In this document: positions 27,918-36,937 of the stretch, one piece after another
Layout: every line of letters starts with the position of its first letter
How positions within the stretch are numbered: position 1 is the first letter of the stretch
Origin: a virus
Lineage: Duplodnaviria > Caudoviricetes
Strand: one strand, 5' to 3'
Virus record (IMG/VR): IMGVR_UViG_3300032218_003260
DNA length: 64,000 nt
Program-made: the position numbers and the translations under genes
The notes under the pieces: model-generated
Told to the model about the DNA's origin: nothing
Database searches by the model: none
The model's input: only the letters and a program-made list of their open reading frames with translations

Positions 27918-28908
27918 CGTCGCCCTTTCGTTTCTGCGAGTCTACAAGTCCGCGACCTACAGCGCGCAGAATACCGGTTCCGGCCAGTAGTCGCATACCG
28001 TGTACGGCACGCAAGTAAGCAGCGACAAGCTCATCGTAGCCGTCTAGCAGCGGCATTGGATATTTGTTGAACTCGCCGAACAGATAGAAAAACTCTGTAT
28101 CAGGCTGTTCGTAACACGCGGCGACTTTGAGTGACTTGATATACGTTACCCGGCTCCCGCGAACACGAACACACGGCAGCTTTGTTTTTGGGGCGTGTAA
28201 GAAAAACTGCCGGGCCTCGATCAGCCAGCCATTGTCCTGTGGAACAACAGCCAACCGCCACATCGAACCCATCGTTTTACGCCCGAGCTGCTTTGTCTGC
28301 TTGTTGTATGCGTTGCGCTCGCGCTGCAGCTCGCCCCACACTAAGCGCTCGTACTGCTTTACCACGTCCAGCCCACAGCCAACGCGCGGGTCCCATTCAG
28401 GCGCGGCGATAAATCGAGTGGCAACGCGGCAAGTGACAATAAGCTTAGTGTCTTTATTGTGACGTCCCAGCGCCCGTAATTTGTTTTTAACGTCACGATA
28501 CTGCGCCGTACTGATACGCGCGTAGCAAAACGGACAGATGTGCGCCCAGTTACACGGCCGCAACGCCACATCTTTTTTCCAACGAAAAAACATATACGTC
28601 GGACGGCAGAACAGACACCGCTGAAACGACAGCCGAAACTTTTTGAAATCAAAATCAGCGTCGTCGGGATGTGCCAGCCGCGCCACTGGCAACCACAGCG
28701 CGCGAATTGCTAACTCTTTCAATTTGAGGGCCCAGCGCTGCCGCACCGTATTTGTCCGGCTGATTACGGCGTCGTGTGTCTTGGCACTAGTCAAACCCAG
28801 TACAAAGTGCTGCGCAAACACATGCGCCATACGGACGCTGACGCGATTAACGCGCCACGTTTTTAATCGGTAACGGCGGACAAACTCCGCAAAGTCAATA
28901 AGCGCCAT
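27787..28908 (-). CDS. degenerate rolling-circle Rep (Rep_1/pC194-like HUH) homologue
   Basis: RC..C...FF....C....ICPFC zinc motif, motif-1-like LIVT, GSMWRLAVV..NGW, EFNKYP catalytic-Tyr motif, HGMRLLAGTGILR; HUH position reads IEARQ. Confidence 0.5.
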   Translation of the reverse strand: MALIDFAEFVRRYRLKTWRVNRVSVRMAHVFAQHFVLGLTSAKTHDAVISRTNTVRQRWALKLKELAIRALWLPVARLAHPDDADFDFKKFRLSFQRCLFCRPTYMFFRWKKDVALRPCNWAHICPFCYARISTAQYRDVKNKLRALGRHNKDTKLIVTCRVATRFIAAPEWDPRVGCGLDVVKQYERLVWGELQRERNAYNKQTKQLGRKTMGSMWRLAVVPQDNGWLIEARQFFLHAPKTKLPCVRVRGSRVTYIKSLKVAACYEQPDTEFFYLFGEFNKYPMPLLDGYDELVAAYLRAVHGMRLLAGTGILRAVGRGLVDSQKRKGDDAKTKTQSPERSAAAEARIAQAQDRARGPAMAAEVGVSVRDSF

Positions 28909-29111
28909 TACAGCGTGTCTTTCACCGGTAATGTGTCCATATCCAGAATCGCGTTGCGCACATTAACGTGCTGAGCAATTTCTGCGCGCTGCGTTCGAAC
29001 CTCACGGCGCAAAGCCTCGATGTGCGCCGCGGCTTCTAACGCCAGCTGCGCGCCGTCTGCGCGTGGTTGTTTAGCCGCCCACAACGTCAAACGTTTTACA
29101 ATGTCGCTCAT
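28908..29111 (-). CDS. hypothetical protein
   Basis: 67 aa, DIVKRL...EAAAHIEALR pattern common in phage small proteins. Confidence 0.65.
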   Translation of the reverse strand: MSDIVKRLTLWAAKQPRADGAQLALEAAAHIEALRREVRTQRAEIAQHVNVRNAILDMDTLPVKDTL

Positions 29112-29362
29112 TTTGTCACCAGCGCGCCGCTAGAGTAGTCACCGCCGGGCGTCACAGTCTTTGTGCTTAACACCTGCACCTTCGGCTTTGGCGGAATACG
29201 ACCAAACCAAATACCGCAGCCGAACAAGCAGAGCCGCATGGCTGGCGCGGTAGATACACCGATATGCAAAATACAGCCCGTACCCATCCATTCAAACCTA
29301 GCGCCCCATCGGCGCGTCGTATCAAAGTGCGTTGTTGTAACAGTCCATGCGTTTGCAGTCAT
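29108..29362 (-). CDS. hypothetical protein
   Basis: 84 aa, coupled start/stop. Confidence 0.55.
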   Translation of the reverse strand: MTANAWTVTTTHFDTTRRWGARFEWMGTGCILHIGVSTAPAMRLCLFGCGIWFGRIPPKPKVQVLSTKTVTPGGDYSSGALVTK

Positions 29363-29365
29363 TGC

Positions 29366-29539
29366 TTATACTTTTTTACGTTTTTGTGAAGGTTTGACGG
29401 CTGCGTACATCTGATCGATCAGGTCGTGCACCATCGGATCGCAATCGACGTGGCGATACGGTACGTACCGCGTTTCTTTTAAGAACTTGCGCACAAGCGC
29501 TTTTAGACTTTTCAGTTCTTCTACCAGCGGGCGGCTCAC
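29366..29539 (-). CDS. hypothetical protein
   Basis: GTG start coupled to a short upstream ORF; 57 aa. Confidence 0.5.
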   Translation of the reverse strand: MSRPLVEELKSLKALVRKFLKETRYVPYRHVDCDPMVHDLIDQMYAAVKPSQKRKKV

Positions 29540-29621
29540 CTGTCGTAACCCCTGAAGTAAAAATAGATAAACGCAATCGCGATAGCCGCACCGCAAATCT
29601 CAGATAGCCAGCTATACATAA

Positions 29622-29930
29622 TCACGCCGTCTCCTTCACAAAAATCCCCTCGGGCGTCAACGTGCCTTTGCGGTCTTTGATCTGCTCGTACGCCATCGCG
29701 AGGCAATATTCGGGTGTGATGCCGTGTAGCGCACAATACAAAATCAGCGTCACGAGCACGTCGCCAACGCCGTCTACAATCGCTATGGCGTCGCCCTTGA
29801 GTGTCGCGTCAGCCAGCTCCCCCAGCTCCGACATTGTCTTCATCAGCTGCGCGGTCGGATTGCTGTTGGGGATGATCTGCCGATCCTTTGCCCACTGAAT
29901 CACCTTCTCTTCCAATTCCTGATACGTCAT
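29622..29930 (-). CDS. mazG: MazG-like nucleotide pyrophosphohydrolase
   Basis: QLMKTMSELGELA...DGVGDVLVTLI. Confidence 0.9.
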   Translation of the reverse strand: MTYQELEEKVIQWAKDRQIIPNSNPTAQLMKTMSELGELADATLKGDAIAIVDGVGDVLVTLILYCALHGITPEYCLAMAYEQIKDRKGTLTPEGIFVKETA

Positions 29931-30162
29931 TACAGCGTCCTTGTTGTTTGAGGTAGGTCATTTGTGTTAACAACGCCTGATCATGCAGCGAGAGTAATTC
30001 AATCGAATACTCTCGTAGTTTATGTTTCAGCCGTTCATACTCGGGGCGTAGTAAATTAAGCAGGGCGAGGATATTTCGCATTTCTTGCGGAGTTAACTCG
30101 CCCATCGCCAACCGTATGGCCTGCCTGTCGCCGGCCCAGATAGCTTCAAGGTTGATTGGCAT
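29809..30162 (-). CDS. hypothetical protein (3' end overlaps mazG)
   Basis: Fills the 29930-30162 gap; helical N-terminal part. Confidence 0.55.
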   Translation of the reverse strand: MPINLEAIWAGDRQAIRLAMGELTPQEMRNILALLNLLRPEYERLKHKLREYSIELLSLHDQALLTQMTYLKQQGRCNDVSGIGREGDSVGKGSADHPQQQSDRAADEDNVGAGGAG

Positions 30163-30165
30163 GAC

Positions 30166-30405
30166 TCACCACGTTGGCGTCCACGTTGGCGTCCACGGAC
30201 CAGACGGCCAACCCGGCGTGTCTTGCTTTTGCGGGTGCGGATATGGATATGACAGCGGCAAACGCGTAACCGCAAGCTCGACGGCAGTCAGCCGCTGCTG
30301 CAGTGTTTCAATCTGCGCTCTCAGCTGCGCTATCTCCGCCGCTAGTTGAAGCATCGGCGACGGCTTGCGGATTTTCTTCTTTGTTTTCTTGGCTTTCTTC
30401 GCCAC
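30166..30405 (-). CDS. small coiled-coil protein with Pro/Trp tail
   Basis: Lys-rich start, heptad segment, WTPTWTPTW end. Confidence 0.5.
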   Translation of the reverse strand: MAKKAKKTKKKIRKPSPMLQLAAEIAQLRAQIETLQQRLTAVELAVTRLPLSYPYPHPQKQDTPGWPSGPWTPTWTPTW

Positions 30406-30841
30406 TGATCTGCTCCTGCATCTTGTCAATTCGAGCACGCACTAACTCTATGGCTTGCTCGACACTTTCAACTTCAATAAACGGAAGCTTGGTTTGTAAG
30501 TGTTCCCACTTCGTCGGACCTACGCCGGCTACGTTGATCTCGCCGGGCTCTTGGCTGCCAAATTCGTCAAGCAGCGCCACGGCGGTTGCAGTCTCTCGCG
30601 ACGGAAACACCAGAATCCTGTTGTCAACGTCGGAGAAGAACTTCACACCCGTCCGATCGCAAATAACATAGCGCACGGCTGACTCGCCAGTATCAATGTA
30701 GCTCATGGCTTTGGCCGGGGCGGAATAACTCACCCGGTTCTGCGGCGCGTCGGGACTGTGGCAGGCTTTAAACTTTTTGCCGCTGCCGCACGGGCACCGA
30801 TCGTTACGTTTGATAATGCTATCTTTGCGAATTGTGCTCAC
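30308..30841 (-). CDS. SEC-C motif protein
   Basis: RNDRCPCGSGKKFKACH at the N-terminus. Confidence 0.85.
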   Translation of the reverse strand: MSTIRKDSIIKRNDRCPCGSGKKFKACHSPDAPQNRVSYSAPAKAMSYIDTGESAVRYVICDRTGVKFFSDVDNRILVFPSRETATAVALLDEFGSQEPGEINVAGVGPTKWEHLQTKLPFIEVESVEQAIELVRARIDKMQEQISGEESQENKEENPQAVADASTSGGDSAAESAD

Positions 30842-31127
30842 GAAAAACCTCCGTGTCGCCGTTGAGCTGGATTAACCTCCGGCCAGCCGGACCGGGTTGG
30901 GCCATTGTCTCTTTTTCTTTTGCTTGTGCAATACGTAGCCAGTTCAACCGAAACTCTTCAATCGTGACCCCTTCCCGCGGCAGCAGCAGGTCAATTGACA
31001 TGCGCGTCGGGCCGTAGCCGCCGTCCTGATTCATTGCAACGCCAATAACCTGCGCATTGAACAACAGGGCTATGCCTTCCTGAAGCTGCTCTAGCGGGTC
31101 GGAGTTCGATTCAAACGGCGCCCTCAT
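30819..31127 (-). CDS. hypothetical protein
   Basis: 102 aa, coupled. Confidence 0.6.
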   Translation of the reverse strand: MRAPFESNSDPLEQLQEGIALLFNAQVIGVAMNQDGGYGPTRMSIDLLLPREGVTIEEFRLNWLRIAQAKEKETMAQPGPAGRRLIQLNGDTEVFREHNSQR

Positions 31128-31363
31128 GGTTCGACCGTTACCTGTGCCGTCGTCATGAGCAGGCCAGCACGCATGGTCGAGACGCCGTGAATGGTGATGC
31201 GGTCGCCCACAACAATCGTGTCGCGATACTGGACGCTTAGCCGGTCAGGCGCGTTCGGATCCGGGTAGATCATTTTGGGCGCGCCCTCCGCAATCACAGT
31301 CGGCCCGCTCGGGGGCGGCATCGGTTCCTCGCGCGGAATCGTCACTACGCCGGGTGTTGTCAT
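31124..31363 (-). CDS. hypothetical protein
   Basis: 79 aa, GAGGT upstream. Confidence 0.55.
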   Translation of the reverse strand: MTTPGVVTIPREEPMPPPSGPTVIAEGAPKMIYPDPNAPDRLSVQYRDTIVVGDRITIHGVSTMRAGLLMTTAQVTVEP

Positions 31364-31529
31364 TGTCTAGACCTCGGTTAAAGAAAACGTGGAAGCACAG
31401 CTTACCGGGGGCACCCTGCAAGCTGACGTTGCCGGGGAACGGTGAATCAGCGGACTGGTCTTTTGAAAACTGATGAATCGCGTGAAACGTGTTTGAGTCG
31501 TTGGACATGCTTTGCTCGCTTTGACGGCA

Positions 31530-31714
31530 GGATTATGTTGTCATAATCCGAGATTTGCTGTTTGTAGGGGGGTAAAATGGGTCAAAAATTGCCCGTAACC
31601 TATTGGCGTTATTGGGTTTGCAACAACGCGTTCAAGCATTTTTTGTCCGAATTACGCGGACCTAGAGTAAGTCCTTCGGACTTACAAGGCCGGCATTTTT
31701 TCAGGAATGCCGGC
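31530..31714. promoter_or_regulatory. non-coding control region with three perfect inverted repeats
   Basis: GGATTATG-4-CATAATCC (31530-31549), GTAAGTCC-3-GGACTTAC (31667-31685), GCCGGCATT-8-AATGCCGGC (31689-31714). Confidence 0.55.
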
Positions 31715-31799
31715 AACTTTGAATGTCTACTGCATGATCGGGGGGTTGTTTATTACCGTTGGGGCAAATTGGGTAATTTGCGGACAACGTTTGGATAGC

Positions 31800-31852
31800 A
31801 AAAAAAGAGATTGCATAGGGGCGGGTTTTTGCCCGCCCCTATGCGTAATCTC
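31800..31852 (-). terminator. rho-independent terminator after the ParB-like gene
   Basis: 13-bp GC stem GCATAGGGGCGGG/CCCGCCCCTATGC with extension, followed by a T7 run on the minus strand. Confidence 0.85.
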
Positions 31853-31857
31853 ATTGC

Positions 31858-32895
31858 TTACCGGGTGAACTTTTTCTGGTGACCGGGCCGCTGGGTCTTC
31901 TTGACCAGCAGCGCATGCTCATCCAGAAGGTAGTTTTCCATGTCTACCTTGGCGGCGTTGGTCCAGTTGCCAGTACGGCCACCGGGGGCAATAAACCGCT
32001 CTACGCAGCCAAGGATCTTGGCAAGGCGTTCCTGACGGTGACCTGCGCCGCCGCCGCCCTTTTTAGCCATGATCTTGGTGACCTCGTAGACCGCGTCATG
32101 GGTCTTGCCGTTCTTGACGCCCTCGTCGTTCTGGTGCCGGCGGAAGAACTCAATGACGTCGTCAACGTTCTTGCCCAGCTCAGAGTACTTGAAGTGCGCC
32201 AGCAAGAACGCTGCCGTCGGCGGGCCGGAGAACCGGGCTTTGGTCGGCAGGATGCTATCTAGCGCGCGCAGCTGCTCCTGAAAGTACTCCACGCAGGTCG
32301 CCACGGATACCTGCCGAATATTCGGAGGTGCGTTGTCGATCTCGTAGAGGTGATGGATCTCGCACAGCGCCTCCTTCATCGCGGACACAATGCCCTTGCA
32401 GCCCGCGAAGAAAGAAGACTGATACGTGATGCCAAACTGCTTGAACGCGCTGTAAAGCTGGTCAGCCGCGTCTTTGGTCTGGCCGCTGCTGTCGTAGGTG
32501 TAGTACTCGTCAATGACTTCCTGTTCGTCTTTGACGTAAGTGATCTTCACCGTCACGTAGTCCGGCACGGCGTCAGTCAGGCCGTTCATCCAGCCATAGG
32601 TACGCGTGTGCGCGTCCAGCTTATACTCCTTTCCGTCGTCCGTCACGGCCATGTGGACCGTGCGGTGCGCTTCACGAAGCGTGGACAAGTACTTCTTCGC
32701 CTTGTTCCAATGCTTCGGCGTGTCGCGCTGTACAGGGGCATCCTGTACCTCCGCCCACTGCTTCAACGTCATCTGCCGCGTCTCGGGACGGCCGAGACGG
32801 CGAGCCGCGCTGCTCTTTTTTTGCGGCGCGATTGATGACTTGTGCGCCGCTCGCGACGCCATTCTCTTACTCTGCGGGTGCTCCTTGCGAGCCAT
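31858..32895 (-). CDS. ParB/Srx-like N-terminal domain protein
   Basis: PVQRD...HMAVTDDGKEYKLDAHTR resembles the ParB-like (I/L)DGxHR core; GC-rich codon usage. Confidence 0.45.
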   Translation of the reverse strand: MARKEHPQSKRMASRAAHKSSIAPQKKSSAARRLGRPETRQMTLKQWAEVQDAPVQRDTPKHWNKAKKYLSTLREAHRTVHMAVTDDGKEYKLDAHTRTYGWMNGLTDAVPDYVTVKITYVKDEQEVIDEYYTYDSSGQTKDAADQLYSAFKQFGITYQSSFFAGCKGIVSAMKEALCEIHHLYEIDNAPPNIRQVSVATCVEYFQEQLRALDSILPTKARFSGPPTAAFLLAHFKYSELGKNVDDVIEFFRRHQNDEGVKNGKTHDAVYEVTKIMAKKGGGGAGHRQERLAKILGCVERFIAPGGRTGNWTNAAKVDMENYLLDEHALLVKKTQRPGHQKKFTR

Positions 32896-32910
32896 GTTAT
32901 TTCCTTGTTA

Positions 32911-33249
32911 CTAGGTTGCAGCTACTTCTGGTTCGCTGCTTGGTTCGGCTTTAGCCGGAATTTCAGCTTCCGGCAGCATGTCGTACAGCCCCATTTCCAT
33001 GTCAAGGATCATGGGGTTTGGCACGTCGGGACCGCCGTAGATTAAACAGCGCACGTGCGGATCAGCGGGCTTACCGGCGATGTGCTCATGCAGCATCGAG
33101 AACGTGATGATATAGAAACGTTCTTCGGGCAACCGGTCGATCAGTTCTTGCGGTAGCGAGCGATTGTATTTCATCACGTCGCGCGAAATGTGATTGATGC
33201 GGTTGAGAAATTCTTTGTCTAGGTATTTGTATTTTGTGACTTCAGCCAT
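32911..33249 (-). CDS. hypothetical protein
   Basis: 112 aa from MAEVTK. Confidence 0.7.
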   Translation of the reverse strand: MAEVTKYKYLDKEFLNRINHISRDVMKYNRSLPQELIDRLPEERFYIITFSMLHEHIAGKPADPHVRCLIYGGPDVPNPMILDMEMGLYDMLPEAEIPAKAEPSSEPEVAAT

Positions 33250-33256
33250 TGGATGT

Positions 33257-33511
33257 TTAGCGCTGGCGCGCTTTTTGTGCGTTGTGAAATTTGAGAACGG
33301 CGTCGGCCGCCTGCTTTGATTCCGCGTCGCTATATCCTTCGAGCTTGAATCTGTTTTTGACGTAGTTATGTTCAGCTGATGACGAGTCTGGTTTGAACGT
33401 TGCCTGTTGCGGCGGTACGGCTGCCGCGCCAAAAATAGACGCAATAATGCCGATAATAAGCGCTACGATAAGTACCGGCCATCCAAAGCCGCCGCTGTTG
33501 TTCTGATTCAT
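33257..33511 (-). CDS. small membrane protein
   Basis: One hydrophobic segment WPVLIVALIIGIIASIFG. Confidence 0.7.
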   Translation of the reverse strand: MNQNNSGGFGWPVLIVALIIGIIASIFGAAAVPPQQATFKPDSSSAEHNYVKNRFKLEGYSDAESKQAADAVLKFHNAQKARQR

Positions 33512-33807
33512 GCGTTTGCCTTTCTGTGCGCTTTGTCTAGCGCGTTAATTGCCTTTGTTAGCTCGGGCATCCGTTCATCATCTTCAAACATGCCGTCGCC
33601 TTTTGTGTTGGCTTCGTACACAGTTTCGTCGCCGCAGTTGGGGTAGTCGGCGCGGAAGTAGCCGTGACGCAAACGCAAGTAGCCCGCTTGTTTGCCGTTA
33701 TCGTCTAGCACGTCGTACTGTTCTGGGCACGCGACAGATGTTTGTTTAAGTGTGTAACCGCCGATGCAAAGATCGGGCTCGTCCCAATTGGGGTCATTCT
33801 GCGCCAT
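33508..33807 (-). CDS. conserved phage hypothetical protein
   Basis: ACPEQYDV.....GYLRLRHG motif seen in phage small proteins. Confidence 0.7.
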   Translation of the reverse strand: MAQNDPNWDEPDLCIGGYTLKQTSVACPEQYDVLDDNGKQAGYLRLRHGYFRADYPNCGDETVYEANTKGDGMFEDDERMPELTKAINALDKAHRKANA

Positions 33808-34057
33808 TTGGGGGCTCCATGCCGCTAGTGATGATGTTGGGAAATTGCTCACGAAATTGCTTCTTGGTCCAGAAGATATCTTTATGCCCTTCGGCGGCCA
33901 GTTCCATTTCGCACTCCATAGGGTAGTGACGAAGGACGCTCAATGCCCGCCGGCGAATTGCTTTCGGGACCTTTGGTGTTTTTTTTGGATCCAGTAAGTC
34001 GCGCATAAACTCGCGGGCGTATTGTACGGCTCTAAAGCGCTCGTCGGGCATTGTCAT
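33794..34057 (-). CDS. conserved phage hypothetical protein
   Basis: MTMPDERFRAV...L..PKKTPKVPK.IR..A...LRHYP motif. Confidence 0.75.
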   Translation of the reverse strand: MTMPDERFRAVQYAREFMRDLLDPKKTPKVPKAIRRRALSVLRHYPMECEMELAAEGHKDIFWTKKQFREQFPNIITSGMEPPNGAE

Positions 34058-34060
34058 ACA

Positions 34061-34288
34061 TTACTCGCTTTGACTGTCTCTGTATTCGTCAAAATCATAA
34101 CCAACGGCGTCGCCTAGTTTTTTCATCTCTTCTCGAAAGGCTTCGTCATTGAGATCCATAGCGGTCAGAATTTTGTCTGTTGTTTTAAGGTAATACGTCG
34201 ATGCTAAGCAGACAAACTCTAACGCCGTGACCAGCTCGCTTTCGATACTACTGAGCGGCTGGCGTGTTTTCTTTTTTTGTTTCGTCAT
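34061..34288 (-). CDS. hypothetical protein
   Basis: 75 aa from MTKQKK. Confidence 0.55.
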   Translation of the reverse strand: MTKQKKKTRQPLSSIESELVTALEFVCLASTYYLKTTDKILTAMDLNDEAFREEMKKLGDAVGYDFDEYRDSQSE

Positions 34289-34706
34289 TTTTTTCTTTGT
34301 CACTGCGGTATGGTGTGTATCCGTTCTTTTCAGCCTCTGCCGACGACAGCGTGCGAAGCCAGTACCCAGTCGAGCACAGCTGCCCGCGTTCGCCTGTGAC
34401 TTCGCAAATCTTGTACGCCATAGCTTCTGCCATGCTGCACACGCCAAACGTAAACTCGTCTCCGCCGTAACTGTACAAACGCAACCCGCCAAATTTTTCT
34501 TTGATTTGGCTGAAACGAAAAGGCGGGCATTCCGGTTTGTATTTAATGTGATTCTGAATCACTTGACAGGCGGTGTAGATTAAATCAAACCAACCGTCAG
34601 AGCACTCGCACCCGAAGCACATGAGCGATTCTGTCGGCGGCTTGTCGTGATCTCTGAACAGCTCAGGAAATTCTGTAATAAGCCGCTGTTCAAGTTCGTC
34701 TCTCAT
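34248..34706 (-). CDS. conserved phage hypothetical protein
   Basis: DGWFDLI...QIKEKFGGLRLY...CEVTG motif widespread in phages. Confidence 0.8.
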   Translation of the reverse strand: MRDELEQRLITEFPELFRDHDKPPTESLMCFGCECSDGWFDLIYTACQVIQNHIKYKPECPPFRFSQIKEKFGGLRLYSYGGDEFTFGVCSMAEAMAYKICEVTGERGQLCSTGYWLRTLSSAEAEKNGYTPYRSDKEKNDETKKENTPAAQ

Positions 34707-34974
34707 TTTTTCCGTCCTTGGGTTTACGTTTCTTTATCGGTTTTTCTACCGTTCGTTCAAATTTTCGCAGCAGGTCAGTTATGGCGTCTTGTACGTCAAA
34801 CGTTTTGCCTAGCTCGTCAAATGCAGATGGTTCGGGTAGGTACGGATCTTCTTTGCCTTCTTTAAGCGCGGCGTTGTACTCACGGATTAATTCAATTTTG
34901 CGCGAGCCGAGCGCAGTGTTAACAACCCGAAGGGCTTCGTAGACCAGCTGCGCTTCTTGCGCGGTGAGTTTCAT
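34690..34974 (-). CDS. hypothetical protein
   Basis: 94 aa, coupled. Confidence 0.65.
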   Translation of the reverse strand: MKLTAQEAQLVYEALRVVNTALGSRKIELIREYNAALKEGKEDPYLPEPSAFDELGKTFDVQDAITDLLRKFERTVEKPIKKRKPKDGKNERRT

Positions 34975-34975
34975 G

Positions 34976-35518
34976 TCATTCCGCCATTGCTACAACGCGG
35001 CGTCGGTTTTTCTTTTCGGTCAACGTTGCCGGTTCAACGTGTTCGAGTTGTGACCCCGGAATTAGTGCGGCCATGTGGCGCAGAAACGTCTGCTCGAACT
35101 CGTCTTTAGTCAGGTCAGAGTAGGTGCCCATGCTACCTTTGTGATACACCATCTCGCCTCGGTAGAGCAGCTTTCCTTCTTTGGTCATTCTGCATTTCCA
35201 CGAGCACAAACAACCAGACCGCCGATTCCACACTTCAAGCCCGACTATGACGTCTTCTTTTCTGACGTATTTGCCGCACTTACCGACCGGGATTTCTAGC
35301 TCTTCGAGATCCTGATCGTAGTGCGGGACAATGATATCTTTGGCGCTGTCCCAAACCGCTGGGATACATGTGTCCATAAAAGCCGCGTGCTGCCGGGCGA
35401 GCTGGTCGTCTTTCTTTTTTTCTTTAGCTATCAGCTCATCGCAAATTTTTCTTTGCTGAGCCACGATCAAGCCTAAAAGCTCATGGTTTTGTTGTTCCAC
35501 TTTTGTCCTCAATGACAT
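34976..35518 (-). CDS. hypothetical protein
   Basis: 180 aa from MSLRTK. Confidence 0.65.
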   Translation of the reverse strand: MSLRTKVEQQNHELLGLIVAQQRKICDELIAKEKKKDDQLARQHAAFMDTCIPAVWDSAKDIIVPHYDQDLEELEIPVGKCGKYVRKEDVIVGLEVWNRRSGCLCSWKCRMTKEGKLLYRGEMVYHKGSMGTYSDLTKDEFEQTFLRHMAALIPGSQLEHVEPATLTEKKNRRRVVAMAE

Positions 35519-35750
35519 CCCAGCCAATGTGCCCGAATACTCTTTTGGTGGCGCGAAAATCGTCACCGTCATCGAGTCCCGGCACTATCAGTACAAGGGT
35601 TTTGTTTTTCTTATCAATACGAAACGTGGTGCCTGATCTAGGGATTCCCCACACCGCGTCTTGTGCCGCCGCGGCCACAAGACTGCGGCACCACATCAGC
35701 ACTGACTCGGACGGATTATCTAGTTCAAAATTGTTATTGAGCGCTACCAT
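35481..35750 (-). CDS. hypothetical protein
   Basis: 89 aa. Confidence 0.6.
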   Translation of the reverse strand: MVALNNNFELDNPSESVLMWCRSLVAAAAQDAVWGIPRSGTTFRIDKKNKTLVLIVPGLDDGDDFRATKRVFGHIGWDVIEDKSGTTKP

Positions 35751-36267
35751 CGGATTTCGTTTCTCCGGCGGTCAAGGGTTCAGTTTTAAAGTAATTGTTA
35801 GCCGCCGTGGCCCGAAGATAGTCGCCAACCAAAAGGTCGTGGCCCACTTCAAGTCGGGCAAAATCAACGAGCAAATTTGCCGGGTAGCGTGTTTCAAAAT
35901 TTAAAACATCAGGCCAACCGGCAGCTTCCTCGGCGTACTTTCTATCGAACCCGGCGTCGGTGTAGGCGCGAATCATTGCCGTGTAGTAAAAATCTTCCGC
36001 ACCAGAACCAGAGCCGCTTAGCCAAACCGGACCCGGCGGCGGTTCTTGGTCGTCTTCCAAGTCGTCACACACCTCTTGGTGCTTCAACTCAGCCAAGTTC
36101 ACGAGCGCAGTTGCTAGAGCTGAAATTACAATCTCTGCTGTCGCGACATTGTCATCATCACAAAAGCTGGCGGCAAACGCACGCAGCGCCATTTCACGCA
36201 GCGTTTCGTCCGACGCTAGCTCTTTGTTCGCCATGACGTAACGCAACCGCAAGTCGTTTTTGCTCAT
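35734..36267 (-). CDS. hypothetical protein
   Basis: 177 aa, coupled. Confidence 0.65.
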   Translation of the reverse strand: MSKNDLRLRYVMANKELASDETLREMALRAFAASFCDDDNVATAEIVISALATALVNLAELKHQEVCDDLEDDQEPPPGPVWLSGSGSGAEDFYYTAMIRAYTDAGFDRKYAEEAAGWPDVLNFETRYPANLLVDFARLEVGHDLLVGDYLRATAANNYFKTEPLTAGETKSDGSAQ

Positions 36268-36638
36268 ACAGAACTCGCTTCTGGTTTGGGGTCAAGGTGT
36301 TTGTGCAGCTCATCGCGCCATACGTACGCCTGCGAACCGCGCCCAAACTTTGTCGGGCAATTGATATCAAAATCGCGGATCATGCTAGAAAGCGCGTCTA
36401 GCCCGTAGATACCGCGCATCTGGTTGACTGGTTTACCGTCAGGGCCGGAGATGGTGTATTTCGGATTGCTGAAGTCACTTTCATAAATCGTGGTGCAGCG
36501 CTCGACCATTTCTTGCGGCACGCCGACATCCAAAAACGCCTGCGGCTCGAATATCGTGTGGCCGTCACATATGTCTGCGGCGGCGAGCACAATGTGTGCG
36601 GGAATGTCGGTCCATTTGATTGTGTGGTCTTTAGTCAT
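36264..36638 (-). CDS. hypothetical protein
   Basis: 124 aa from MTKDHT, GGAG upstream. Confidence 0.65.
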   Translation of the reverse strand: MTKDHTIKWTDIPAHIVLAAADICDGHTIFEPQAFLDVGVPQEMVERCTTIYESDFSNPKYTISGPDGKPVNQMRGIYGLDALSSMIRDFDINCPTKFGRGSQAYVWRDELHKHLDPKPEASSV

Positions 36639-36870
36639 CTGTTTGCTCCTCGCATACGCTGTCGTAGTTTTGCTCGTCGTCGCTGCTGAGTCCTTCGTAT
36701 TCGGCAAGACAGCCGCTGCAAACGAGCCGATTGATCCATCGATGTGCGTCGTCTACCTCGATTTCTTCACCGCAGGCAGCGCACGGAATAATCGTTTCTT
36801 CTAGGTAGGCTAGCAAGTTTTTTTCGTCTTGCAACGCCGCGTCTTCGATCGTGTCGTGGATAGAGTGCAT
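36631..36870 (-). CDS. small zinc-ribbon protein
   Basis: CAAC...CSGC. Confidence 0.65.
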   Translation of the reverse strand: MHSIHDTIEDAALQDEKNLLAYLEETIIPCAACGEEIEVDDAHRWINRLVCSGCLAEYEGLSSDDEQNYDSVCEEQTDD

Positions 36871-36884
36871 GGTTGTTCCCCTAG

Positions 36885-36919
36885 TGCCCGGGCGGTAGTT
36901 TTTGGCTACCGCCCGGGCA
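36885..36919. terminator. perfect 14-bp hairpin (terminator or processing site)
   Basis: TGCCCGGGCGGTAG / CTACCGCCCGGGCA, 7-nt loop, just after the RQGD gene. Confidence 0.7.
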
Positions 36920-36937
36920 GAGACGTCGGTTTAGATA

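Noticed and set aside
30166-30197. 12-nt tandem repeat CCACGTTGGCGT
   Set aside because: Only about 2.5 copies, encoding WTPT at a protein C-terminus.
31245-31508. ORF MSNDSNTF... overlapping 31124-31363, possible frameshift
   Set aside because: No slippery sequence recognised and neither part has a known motif; cannot be separated from a chance ORF.
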